From assembly GCA_963765895.1 (NCBI GenBank), contig CAVXZB010000008.1, positions 1-22,920 on the forward strand: DNA of 22,920 nucleotides, in the 5' to 3' direction. The notes under the pieces are model-generated. The model was not told the DNA's origin. It did no database searches and was given only the letters and a program-made list of their open reading frames with translations. Position numbers and translations under genes: made by a program. Source of the DNA: an uncultured Nitrososphaeraceae archaeon (lineage in GTDB: Archaea > Thermoproteota > Nitrososphaeria > Nitrososphaerales > Nitrososphaeraceae). Below, in pieces: positions 9,363-19,338 of the stretch (positions are counted from its first letter, which is position 1; every line of letters starts with the position of its first letter).

Positions 9363-10289
9363 GAGCCTGTCCCAAAATTATTCTCCTATAGATAACTATA
9401 CAACAGCATAAACATACTAACGCAAAATAGCTTTCTAACTTCTTCTCATACCTAACCAAAAGTTTTCTGAACCTGTTGTGCCAGGAGTTGGTTCTTTCAA
9501 CGACCCATCTTCTAGAACGATGATGATGAAAATGATTTGTTAGTACTCGTTTCTCTCTATGTCGAATATGTGGCAAGTATTCCTTCTTGATAACTTCAGT
9601 CTCAATCTCTTGAAAGTCATATCCTTTATCAAGATGAAGATTCTGTCTCTCTTTATTAACCTTGGAGGACGGTCTTTTAACTACGGTATTATCCAGCGTG
9701 TTTATAGCAGCCTTTCATATCATGCGTATTGGCCGCAGTGATAACAACAACAGATAATGGAATACCTTGTCTATCAGTCAATACATGATGACGTTTTGTT
9801 CCTAACTAACTTACCTCTGTCTGTAGGATTAGGTCCAATCAGGTCATTTTTTGCCTAGAGATGCCTTTATCGATATACTACTACTATCAAGTGACTGCCA
9901 TCTCCATTGAATTCCTACTACATCATCATACACTTTTAGCAGTCTAGCCCATAATTTTCGAAATACCTTAGATGAGGATCATTGTTGGAATCGTCTATGA
10001 CAGGTTGATCCAGAGCCATATTCCTTTGGCAACATCTATCTTCTATTGACATCCAGTTCTTAAGACATACAAGATGCCATCCAATACCTTCCTAAATGAT
10101 ACAACTGCAGCTGGACGTTTTATGGAATTATTTGATTTTTTCTGATGGGAGTATCAACAACCTGGCCTCATTCCATAACGCATCAGGGATTCTTTTGTGA
10201 CAGTTAGAAGATACTCTGACTTTATCATAAGCCACACTAAGAACAAAACCCCTCACAAGCTATACTCTATCTATTTTTGGAATGGGTTC
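9363..10289 (-). mobile_element. Degenerate IS5-family element (IS1031-like) with pseudogenised transposase
   Basis: Imperfect terminal IRs GAGCCTGTCCCAAAA and (rc) GAACCCATTCCAAAA, with TAA on both flanks (9360-9362, 10290-10292). Transposase motifs RWVVERTNSWHNRFRKLLVRYEKK, GPNPTDRGK and LDKGYD are present, with many frameshifts. Confidence 0.85.
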
Positions 10290-10391
10290 TAAGTATTCAA
10301 GTGGCTTCTGATAGTCATGTTAGAAAAATAATACTAATGCATTAAGCATTTATAATATGAATATTAAGAAGTAATAATACAAGATTCTATA

Positions 10392-10793
10392 ATGAAAAGA
10401 CCATTTCTAAGATCCACTTTCGAATTAGAAGTTAATGCATATGTAAATGTATCCGAGTCTTCAACTAAGGTAATTAATGCAGTTACCAGTATTATATTAC
10501 ATTGTTCCCCTGAACTAAAATATGGTAATCAAGTTATTGGCAAATCAGTTAACGCTAACTCACTAGAGATAATTTATGAGCAAATACGTTCTAGATCTGC
10601 TCAGAACGTTTTCCGAAGAGTACTAATCTGGAACCGTAACAAAAATACCACTTGGTTTTTTTCAAATAAGCAGGCAGCCAGTGTAGGTGTTGTGGCAATT
10701 ATCGAAAATGAACAAGAATCTCCATTAGGACCTATACGGGTAACTCTAAATTGTGAAGATTTAGATACTCTTATTAGTTGGTTGGTTGACTGA
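10392..10793 (+). CDS. UPF0201 / archaeal RNA-binding domain protein
   Basis: ELEVNAYVNVSESSTKVINAV, NKQAASVGVV and ESPLGPIRVTL motifs, with a size typical of the family. Confidence 0.8.
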   Translation: MKRPFLRSTFELEVNAYVNVSESSTKVINAVTSIILHCSPELKYGNQVIGKSVNANSLEIIYEQIRSRSAQNVFRRVLIWNRNKNTTWFFSNKQAASVGVVAIIENEQESPLGPIRVTLNCEDLDTLISWLVD

Positions 10794-11182
10794 AAAGTAC
10801 AATTACATTATATCCATGACAAATTATCTAGGTCGCATTTATTGCGGCAACTGAAGCATACCGCGAGAAATAGTTTTATACCATTTTTATGATATCTAAT
10901 TATCCTAATTTTAGTATTTTTTGCAATAGCTTCTCACTGCCGCTCATACAACGAATGAGCGTCAAAATCTATAGCTATGCATGACTGGTGGTACTAGTAA
11001 TAACAATTCAAGCGATGGTTACCAGCTTTTCATTTGGGCTATTTTCAAATTAATAGGCTTTCAATCGATTCAAATTTGAATATTGTACATTTTATTGTAA
11101 TTACTGACTATTATAGTTAATGAATTATTGTGAACGAATCAAAATCAAATATATTATCAATTGTATTAATCTTCATGTTTGA

Positions 11183-11362
11183 ATGGCAATAACAAAGAAG
11201 GTAAAACTTGACATAGAAATTGAAGTAGACATGCCGCTTGACATAATTGAAGACAGAGAACGATTTAAGGTTGTAGAAACTGGTTTAGTAAGAAGCATTT
11301 CCAAAGGTCTCTATGAACAGGGGGTCTCATTCAGTATAGGTAAAGTAAAATTTGAACCTTAA
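11183..11362 (+). CDS. Small hypothetical protein (59 aa), absent from the ORF track
   Basis: MAITKKVKLDIEIEVDMPLDIIEDRERFKVVETGLVRSISKGLYEQGVSFSIGKVKFEP*. It has a beta-alpha-beta pattern, purine-rich coding bias, an AT-rich box upstream and a T-tract downstream. Confidence 0.75.
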   Translation: MAITKKVKLDIEIEVDMPLDIIEDRERFKVVETGLVRSISKGLYEQGVSFSIGKVKFEP

Positions 11363-11645
11363 AAATAAGTGAAAGTGATCACTCAGTGCATTTTTTATTG
11401 ATATTTGTATTGTCATGCCATAATACCATGAACTCTTTTTCACACCTTTTATTATAAAACCCCTTGTTGATGAGAACTAGATTTTTGAATACCTGTAGAT
11501 ATTAGATAGTAGTCAAGAATAGTTAGTCTATATTTGTTCAGATTAGATGATGGAAAGACTCCAATGTAACAGAATCTTGTCTCTGGATGCAAGACACGCA
11601 TTTGCTGTAATTTGGGTTTAATTGCATGTTCATATAATAGATTAA

Positions 11646-12005
11646 ATGAATATGTATAATAAGAGAAAAAAAGATAGTTGTAGTGATTTCACGGCGATGA
11701 GTAGTAATGAGCAATATCTTTATGGGCCATTGTTATGGATTGGCATCTCGCTTGGTATTATTTTTGCTATTTTATTCTATATCCCATATCCTTTATCTAT
11801 AATCTTGGCGATAGCGTCTTTCATTTTGCTGAACTTTTATTTTAGAAAAAAAGTTATTAAAAGAGTAAATACTAGGTTTGGTAATGCTAGCCGTTATCCA
11901 TCCTCATCCTTAAGCTATTCTTGCATTAATTGTGGAACAGAGCATAATGAATTTGCTTGTCCCAAATGTGGTTCAAAGATGAAAAGAGCAGATTTTAAAT
12001 TCTAA
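11646..12005 (+). CDS. Small membrane protein with C-terminal zinc ribbon
   Basis: Two TM helices, then CINCG...CPKCGSKM. The start may be the downstream ATG (MSSNEQ). Confidence 0.8.
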   Translation: MNMYNKRKKDSCSDFTAMSSNEQYLYGPLLWIGISLGIIFAILFYIPYPLSIILAIASFILLNFYFRKKVIKRVNTRFGNASRYPSSSLSYSCINCGTEHNEFACPKCGSKMKRADFKF

Positions 12006-12127
12006 TGATATGAAGAATACTAATTATTATAACTATGTAATTTCTGGAATGTACTATCACAGCTGGAGTAGATTAGCTTATCCATCTAGTATTAGAATTT
12101 GTCATATTTAATATTAATATAATAGAT

Positions 12128-13076
12128 GGCTATGTAGAAAACATCATCAATATTACAAGATTAGTCAGTCTATGCATATTGTAGGTGATACATCTAAATG
12201 ATAACTCTCTGTTCTGCATTCTAGTCAATCTAGACATAAGATGCTCTCCAAATAGTCGTTTTATGACTGATATTATGGTTTCATCTTTGTTTCGTTGATT
12301 GTACAGCAATTTGGAGTAACCACGCTTCATCTGCTTTCTGTACTTACCATGTGTTCTCCACATCGGTACATGTTCATATCGAGCAGGAATAATACTGAAT
12401 GCATGTAAGTCCTCTCTTACGAGAAGGTGATTATCTTCACTATCGTAACCCTTATCAGCTGTAACTACAGATAATGGAAGAATATTTGATGTCCTTGTTA
12501 TAATTGGCCTGAAATCTACATTATCATGCCTTGTTGGAGCTCGTCTTATCTTAATTGTACATATGATTTGTTGTAATACATCTACTCCAATAGATAATTT
12601 CGCATATTTTCTTCTCAATTCTGTTCGATCAGTATAATATTGTGATGCATGAGTTATCTTAAATCCTGTTGAATCTATTCCTGCAAAGATATGCTTGGTA
12701 CCAGCTAATTACAATGAATGACGAAATTATCTTTTCAAGCAATGAATTATTGATTCTATCTGTAAACTTTTGCAATGTTGTAAAATGAGGAATACGTGAC
12801 AACCGTAGAAATGACCTTAGGTAATAGGCTTCAATTAACCACTCGACAAACATTCTATAACTCTTACCTTCATACTGTCGTATAGCAATTAGAACTATGT
12901 GCTGCCATATTGTAAATATGTGATTACTTTTCCTGTTAGAAAATAGAGGAATCCTTGCATGCTTCAAAACACGGAACATAGTACCTGCAAGTCTGACGTA
13001 CATTGATTCTTTCAATAGACTATTGGTATTATACTCTTACAAAGCTTTGACTGTATGAGATGGTTTCTACACAGCC
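12128..13076 (-). mobile_element. IS5-family insertion sequence (IS903-like ends), 949 bp
   Basis: 18-bp TIRs GGCTATGTAGAAAACATC and (rc) GGCTGTGTAGAAACCATC with 2 mismatches. Perfect 9-bp TSD ATAATAGAT at 12119-12127 and 13077-13085. Confidence 0.93.
12130..13015 (-). CDS. IS5-family DDE transposase, split by a single +1 frameshift near 12700
   Basis: IPHFTTLQKF...SFIVIS/GTKHIFAGIDSTGF (D1)...ADKGYDSE (D2)...YNQRNKDETIISVIKR (E). Removing one base gives 294 aa. Confidence 0.88.
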
Positions 13077-13156
13077 ATAATAGATATGTTCTACATCCAG
13101 CTTTTAGCGTTATCTAGAAACATAACGAACTATCGTTTTAAACTCGACCAATGATT

Positions 13157-13793
13157 CAACTTCTGAAAAAACAACTAAACCAATTCTCCGCAAGCTTTAT
13201 GGTGTTTATGAACAATTCTCTATATATTTCCAATAATTCAGAACACTCGTCTGCCAAAGAGCCACGGCCGATAGAAAAGGATTAGGTATGTATTTTTCAT
13301 AATTATCATATATTTGGACTCACTTAAATCAGTTACATTCTCTACTACTTCTTCCACGATTTTCTCCACAGCTTCTGCGACTGATTCTGTAACTGATGCG
13401 TCTGACACTATTTCATTTTGTACGTTGCTAGTGTGACTATCATCTTTTGCAGAGAAATCTTGTGGTCGGGAAGATGATGATGCTAATACGGATACTGATG
13501 GTGGTTTATCAAGACTATTCTTATCATTTAGATCCGGTTCTTGTGAAATATACTTATCTTAGATTTTATGGCATTATCATTTAGATCCGGTTCTTGTGAA
13601 ATATACTTATCTTAGATTTTATGGCATTATCATTTAGATCCGGTTCTTGTGAAATATACTTATCTTAGATTTTATGGCATTCCTCTCTTCACGTTTTGTC
13701 TCTAGATGATGTCTTTTTCTCTATCATCGAATCTCCATTTACATTTTCTGTACTTGATTCACTAGATTCGATGTAATCTTGGTTTATGGTCAT
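13157..13793 (-). pseudogene. Fragmented acidic low-complexity protein with aromatic amphipathic C-terminus
   Basis: MTINQDYIESSESSTEN... then DKYISQEPDLNDKNSLDKPP...EAVEKIVEEVVENV, then IPNPFLSAVALWQ, then YRELFINTIKLAENWFS, in shifting frames. Disrupted by the tandem repeat. Confidence 0.5.
13521..13681. repeat. Perfect tandem repeat, 3 x 53 bp
   Basis: TTATCATTTAGATCCGGTTCTTGTGAAATATACTTATCTTAGATTTTATGGCA starts at 13521, 13574 and 13627, with no spacers. Confidence 0.97.
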
Positions 13794-14015
13794 GTAACTA
13801 TGTATGGTGCTAATTTCGCACCATATATACTAAATTGGTACATATTTCAGTCTGCCAAGATAGAACTCCCGCAGGCTAATCTGTATGTTTGGTGAGGAAT
13901 TAAATTAATTATTAGCCAACATTCATATCATTATATTAAAGTCATCTAAATATCCATCATGTCTCTCAATGCTTAAATGTCGAATGTGTATAATTAAATC
14001 CATTATCGAACTAAT

Positions 14016-14750
14016 ATGCGATATTACATTAAATGTAAGCTAAATCCCGAGGCAAAGGATAGATTAGCTGATTCTATAAAGTCTGGTTCTTTAGCACATG
14101 GTAATGTATTCTATGAAGGTATGCAGACTGCATTAAGAGAAGGAACAATAGATGAAAATGACATAGTACATTTCGTTGAGATATGCTATTGCCTAGAGGG
14201 TGGATTATATCCAATGGCTATGGAGATTCCAGTATTGAATAAGTATTTTGATGATGTTATTGAAGTTAAAGATGCACGTTTAAGAGAACAATGCACAATG
14301 GAGTGTGAGTTTTGTGATTGTACACGTAATATAAAGCTGCCAGGAAAATCATTGGCCAACGAATTGAATATCAATAAAATAAAAGAAGAGGAAGAACAAT
14401 TAGGAGGAGATGATGATGATGGTTTCCTTGATATAGGAAGAATACAACTTAACAGAAAGAAGCAAAAGGAAGGTCTAGAAGGACTGAAAAGTCTATCTGC
14501 AGACAATGGCAATGGTAGTAACAACAGCAAAATAAAACCAATATTTGTAGGAGCTGCTATTTCTGGTCTTTTCGCAATCTTTCATGACGGTGATAATTAC
14601 TTTAGAATAAAAAATGTTCCAGATAACAAAGAGTCTAGACAGCTTTTATATAATTTGGGATTTGGGCAACTTAATGGAGATGTACCATCTATGAAGATGA
14701 CAGCAATGGACTCGTTTGCTAAAAGTGACAAGCGTTCGAACGTAGTTTGA
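14016..14750 (+). CDS. Cys-rich hypothetical protein, possibly metal-binding
   Basis: 244-aa ORF with EICYC and CTMECEFCDC, an acidic linker and a second domain. TATA-like sequence lies upstream. Confidence 0.85.
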   Translation: MRYYIKCKLNPEAKDRLADSIKSGSLAHGNVFYEGMQTALREGTIDENDIVHFVEICYCLEGGLYPMAMEIPVLNKYFDDVIEVKDARLREQCTMECEFCDCTRNIKLPGKSLANELNINKIKEEEEQLGGDDDDGFLDIGRIQLNRKKQKEGLEGLKSLSADNGNGSNNSKIKPIFVGAAISGLFAIFHDGDNYFRIKNVPDNKESRQLLYNLGFGQLNGDVPSMKMTAMDSFAKSDKRSNVV

Positions 14751-14824
14751 TATTGTTATTGTAAGCCTTGATAAATATATACTCATTATTTTTAATTTAT
14801 TAACATAGCAACAGTTTTGACTTA

Positions 14825-15350
14825 GAGCATATCCCAAAGTTATCCTCCTATAGATAACTATACAACAGCATAAACATACTACTAACGCAAAATAGCTTCC
14901 TAACTTCTTCTCATACCTAACTAAAAGTTTTCTGAACCTGCTATGCCAAGAGTTGGTTTTTCTACAACCAATCTTTTTCTAGCATGATGACAATGATTAT
15001 TACCACATTTAATCTTTATAACCGATTGTTCTCCTCTATGTCAAATATGTGGTAGACGTCCTTTATTGGTTCTTGGACCTCGATCGTTTGAAAGTCATAT
15101 CCTTTATCAAGATAGATAAAGATTCTGTTTTTCTTTATATGTCCTAGACGATCTTTTAACTACGGTATTATTATCCAGCGTGTTTATAGCTGCCTTTAAT
15201 ATCATTATGCGTATTGGCCGCAGTTATAACAACAACAGATAATGGAATACCTTGCCCTCAGTCAATACATGATGACGTTTTGTTTCTAACTAAACTTACC
15301 TCTGTCTGTAGGATTAGGTCCAATCAGTCATTTTTGCCTAAAGGTGCCTT
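14825..15350 (-). mobile_element. Truncated second copy of the IS1031-like IS5 element (transposase 3' half and one end)
   Basis: Colinear similarity to 9363-9867 (e.g. TATGCGTATTGGCCGCAGT-like, ATAACAACAACAGATAATGGAATACCTTG, TTACCTCTGTCTGTAGGATTAGGTCCAATCAG). The end GAGCATATCCCAAA is preceded by TTA. Confidence 0.85.
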
Positions 15351-15463
15351 GCCCTCTTAGTATATCAAAATTATTCTGATGGGTATTTCCAAAATCACTT
15401 TTACCTTCTAGAAATACTAACTCTTGTATATAATTTAAAAAGTTTAAGTACTGGTATAGCATC

Positions 15464-15814
15464 TCATTTGAAAATTACTGTATCTTGTCTTCTTCTCTCC
15501 ACTTCTCTCCACTCTCTCATTATCCAGACCACAGTAGATAAAGTATATGTTGGGATCAAATCTCCTACGAACGGAATAAATTCAAGTGTATTTATGGCGG
15601 TGGACACTTTACTTCTCGTGATCCTAAAGAGAAGACTGGTCAGTATAACGTCAAAGATATCTCCGACAAGAGGTACATCAAAAATTGGAGCTGCAATATA
15701 GTCTAAAAGATCGCCAATTAAAGATATTGTTAATGCACTTGCCGCTCTCAATTTAAATGTTGTATGATGATATTCGCTATTATCGTATTTGTTAAGTGAC
15801 ATTAATTTTCGCAT
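15464..15814 (-). CDS. Small membrane protein with duplicated (I/V)PxVGD motif
   Basis: DVPLVGDIFD and FIPFVGDLIP hydrophobic hairpins. TATATA lies ~25 bp upstream. Confidence 0.75.
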   Translation of the reverse strand: MRKLMSLNKYDNSEYHHTTFKLRAASALTISLIGDLLDYIAAPIFDVPLVGDIFDVILTSLLFRITRSKVSTAINTLEFIPFVGDLIPTYTLSTVVWIMREWREVERRRQDTVIFK

Positions 15815-16231
15815 GTTATAAGTTATACATTAAAGAATATATAGCTATCACTAGAGATATGTATAATGAAAGAGATATTACTCCCATACTCCTTTGTTAG
15901 AAAAAATCTGGTCTATGTATTCAAGCATATATTTGTCTTTAGTTAGCACTTTCCAAATAGTTACAATATCTTTTTTATTGATATATAAGAAATGCAATAA
16001 TGAATTGAATTGTAAAAATAGTTATAATAATATATACCAAATAAATTAGCATCAGCGTGGCCTTTAGAATAAAGCATAAAATAACACCCGTATTGTCGAT
16101 ATATACTTTGATAATGGATGTAATCAAGTAATGACGGAATTGATTTAAACTTGAAATAATGATCGCCGTCCGGATCAATGGATCGAATATTTAATAATAA
16201 GTACTAAACTCAAGAGATGATATCTACAACC

Positions 16232-16381
16232 AATTTCGAGAGCAGGATGACCGATATCACAACTGACTCAAATGACAACAACTTGTATGTTCTAACATAT
16301 TTCGAAGGCAAGATATCTAGAATTAAGCTAGTTGGTAAATATACACATAACACATTGAGCAGATCGTTTTTGCAAAGTTAA
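16232..16381 (+). pseudogene. C-terminal remnant of a second PQQ-dependent sugar dehydrogenase
   Basis: NFESRMTDITTDSNDNNLYVLTYFEGKISRI aligns by eye to the end of the neighbouring gene (GFNSITDIKTGPDGMLYVLSFDDGTIYRI). Confidence 0.65.
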
Positions 16382-16478
16382 TAATGCAGTTTTCTCATTA
16401 ATTCTTTCTATTTCGTAATTCCTTACTTATTTTATTTTATGCTTAAAACCTATCTGACGCTGCTCGAAAAATTCGTTG

Positions 16479-17750
16479 CTATTGTGAAGCCCGACTTATT
16501 CTATAAATAGTTCCATCGTCGAATGATAAAACATACAGCATTCCATCTGGCCCTGTCTTAATATCGGTTATACTATTAAATCCCATTCCAAACCTTACTG
16601 CGTCTAATTCACTCTTGTTATCTGCTACTAAGTCCGATAACCCTGCAGATTTTTGATTTATATTAAATTCTATTCCAGTTCTATCTTTATTAACTTTAAA
16701 GAAATATAGATTGCCATTATTGTAGTCACCCACAAAAATGTTACTATCATAATTAGGACCTAGTTTTGAAGATTTCAAAAATTCTATTGCGGTGACTGCG
16801 ACAGGATTAAGCCAACTAAAAACGGGATCAGCATAATGAGATCCAGGAAAATTAACTAAATCGTTTTCAGTTATACCGTCACTTCTAGAAAGAGGACCCA
16901 TAATTACTTTCCAGCCGCCATTAAATCCTGGTTTGACCAAATTAATTTCGTCATAAGTGTTTTCTCCATTCTCCGTTTCCCAAAGATTACCTGTCACAGG
17001 ATCAATAGCGATCCCAAAGCTGTTTCGAATGCCGTATGCGTAATATTTATGCATTGCAGCAATCTCATTATTTGCAAAAGGATTACCTTTTGCTGCAGAA
17101 CCATCCATAGGACTCACTCTAAAAATGACACCTGTATCATCAGGATCGGACCCATCTCTGATATTTTGAAGCTTGCCATTGTGTCTTAATTCACCAATTA
17201 TGGCATATAGATAACCATCATTACCTATGATTAGTTTTCCGCCATCGTGATTGGGTCCCGGCAATCCAGGAAGATCTAGGAATAATTTTGGATTAACAAG
17301 TGTTTGACCATTCCAGTCATAACGATAAATCCTATTTCTAATGTCTTCCCCTTGTGACTCCGTATAGTACAGGAATACCTCTTTATTATTAGTGCTACCA
17401 GTTGTATTCATAATCGCAATTCCAAGTAAACCACGTTCGCTCCTTACATCAACTGGCGCGTGTAAGATAGGTTGCTGTTGTAGTTGACCATCAGATACTA
17501 GCCTGACATTTCCATCTTTCTCCAAGACCAGAATATTATTGTCATTTAAAAATGCCATACTAGTAGGAGAAGACAAACCACTGACTACTGATTCTACTTT
17601 TAGGGTAGGATCGTTTACAATCGTTGGTTGTGCTGACACATACTGAATCGTAGCGGAATAACCAAAAATAAATCCAAGAGTAACGGCAATACTTGTAATG
17701 AGAACGGTTATTATGAGAGTTGTTAGATATGATACTCCTTTCTTTTCCAT
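16479..17750 (-). CDS. PQQ-dependent sugar dehydrogenase (GSDH beta-propeller), secreted or membrane-anchored
   Basis: Signal/TM segment, GLSSPTSMAF, ERGLLGIA, NHDGG, YAYGIRNSFG, DEINLVKPGFNGGW and TGPDGMLYV. Confidence 0.92.
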   Translation of the reverse strand: MEKKGVSYLTTLIITVLITSIAVTLGFIFGYSATIQYVSAQPTIVNDPTLKVESVVSGLSSPTSMAFLNDNNILVLEKDGNVRLVSDGQLQQQPILHAPVDVRSERGLLGIAIMNTTGSTNNKEVFLYYTESQGEDIRNRIYRYDWNGQTLVNPKLFLDLPGLPGPNHDGGKLIIGNDGYLYAIIGELRHNGKLQNIRDGSDPDDTGVIFRVSPMDGSAAKGNPFANNEIAAMHKYYAYGIRNSFGIAIDPVTGNLWETENGENTYDEINLVKPGFNGGWKVIMGPLSRSDGITENDLVNFPGSHYADPVFSWLNPVAVTAIEFLKSSKLGPNYDSNIFVGDYNNGNLYFFKVNKDRTGIEFNINQKSAGLSDLVADNKSELDAVRFGMGFNSITDIKTGPDGMLYVLSFDDGTIYRISRASQ

Positions 17751-18041
17751 GCTTATTATCTAGTGTGTTTTTATGCTCTATAAATGCTATCATCAGTCAT
17801 GCTGGCTACAATGTTAACATTACTATTGTTATTAAATATAATTCATAAGTTTCGGATCAAAGACTACTGAATGACGTGTGTGTAACATATAAACAAATAA
17901 CGGTTGAAGGCTGATTCTCGCGGAACTCATTTAGTATTGTTTATTGCTTATTTCAATCGCCGATGATATCTTATTTGAAAAAAGTTAAACAGTTCAAGGT
18001 TATAATTGTAGGCCTAGTTAAATACAAATAGTTATAGCTCA

Positions 18042-18785
18042 TTACCTTTCTTGAGCAGTTGGTCTTATCAGTATCTCATTTACATTAACATGACTTGGTG
18101 TTTGTATGGCATATAATATCGCATTTACGATGTCTTCTGACTGTAATGTTTCCATCTTCTTTGTAGCTTGTATGAATCCTGTCATTGATTTATCCGTTAT
18201 TGATTCTAATAATTCGGTTGAGACAGCTCCTGGTTCAATACATGTAACTCGTATGTTGTACTTCGGACTTAATTCTTTTCTCAATCCTTCGCTAAATGCA
18301 GTTATTGCATGTTTAGTTGCGCAGTAGACACTTCCTCCAGCAAATACTACTCTACCTGCTACCGAAGATATGTTGATTATGTGTCCTGATTTTTCATCTA
18401 ACATATAAGGGATTACCGCAGAGGTACAGTAAAGGACTCCTTTAATATTCACATCTATCATACGATCCCATTCAATCACTTTACCATTTTTGAAATAACT
18501 TAAAGGCATTAACCCAGCGTTATTAATTAGAATATCAATCTTCCCCCATTTTTCGGCGACGGCATTAACAAATGAATTACAAGCTGAATTATTTGAAACG
18601 TCTAGCTTTTGAATAAAAACTTCTCTGTGGCTGTTTCTGTTTATGATCAGACGTTCTAATTCTTTTAGCCGATCTGTACGTCTAGCTCCAAGTGCCACTC
18701 TTAAACCGGCTTCTGATAGCGCTAAAGATGTTGCATATCCTATACCGCTGCTCGCACCGGTCACTACTGCTACCTTATTTTTCAA
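18042..18785 (-). CDS. Classical SDR oxidoreductase (NADP-dependent, YdfG-like)
   Basis: TGASSGIG, ARR, NNAG, S...YCATK and IEPG motifs. TTG start. Confidence 0.95.
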   Translation of the reverse strand: MKNKVAVVTGASSGIGYATSLALSEAGLRVALGARRTDRLKELERLIINRNSHREVFIQKLDVSNNSACNSFVNAVAEKWGKIDILINNAGLMPLSYFKNGKVIEWDRMIDVNIKGVLYCTSAVIPYMLDEKSGHIINISSVAGRVVFAGGSVYCATKHAITAFSEGLRKELSPKYNIRVTCIEPGAVSTELLESITDKSMTGFIQATKKMETLQSEDIVNAILYAIQTPSHVNVNEILIRPTAQER

Positions 18786-18856
18786 TGTTTGATTGTATGC
18801 ATGATATCTTAAGAATCTTCTTTCCCAAATGTAGTGCTCTTAAAGGATAGTAATAC

Positions 18857-19138
18857 TTACAGATCCTTCTTTTTCTGCATCTCCCTCATAAAGCTCATCT
18901 CTTCCTTTATCATTTTGTGCATTTCATTAATCATTTTGTGTTGTGTATGAATTATTTCGTGAAGATTGCGATCTTGCCTTTTGTCTACCACTAGTATCAA
19001 TAAACCAATTCCTAATGAGATAATAATATTCATCTCTCTGGTCTCTATTTGCAGAGGTACCAGGTCTGTGAGATAGAAAAATATCATCGATAAGGTCATT
19101 GCTATTAATCCTATCAGTACTAATTGTATTTCTTTCAT
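18857..19138 (-). CDS. Small two-TM membrane protein with helical C-tail
   Basis: Two hydrophobic segments followed by a charged Met/His-rich helix. Confidence 0.75.
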   Translation of the reverse strand: MKEIQLVLIGLIAMTLSMIFFYLTDLVPLQIETREMNIIISLGIGLLILVVDKRQDRNLHEIIHTQHKMINEMHKMIKEEMSFMREMQKKKDL

Positions 19139-19163
19139 GTTATATTCATTTTGCGTAGACGTA

Positions 19164-19243
19164 TTTTTATGTCTTAATGTATGAAAATGCTTTTCTGTAT
19201 TTCTTTTCTAAATGCTGTGTCCTTTTTTATTAAGACATAAAAA
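19164..19243. repeat. Perfect 15-bp inverted repeat with 50-bp spacer
   Basis: TTTTTATGTCTTAAT (19164-19178) and ATTAAGACATAAAAA (19229-19243). Confidence 0.9.
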
Positions 19244-19338
19244 CCATATTTATTAAGGCCTCATAAACGTTTTCTAGAGATCAATTTGAGAGTAAATAAA
19301 CGAAGTTAAATTCTACTTTTAGATGAAATATGGGAAAT

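Noticed and set aside
9277-9576. 99-aa ORF as a standalone gene
   Set aside because: It is a chimera of the IS5 transposase C-terminus reading through the IS end into the integrase-like remnant.
13521-13681. Possible CRISPR array, given the Cas4-like gene nearby
   Set aside because: The units are fully identical and head-to-tail with no unique spacers, and no cas1/cas2 is present.
15975-16178. 67-aa Ile-rich hydrophobic ORF
   Set aside because: Its composition is what extreme AT-rich DNA would produce, and there is no other support.
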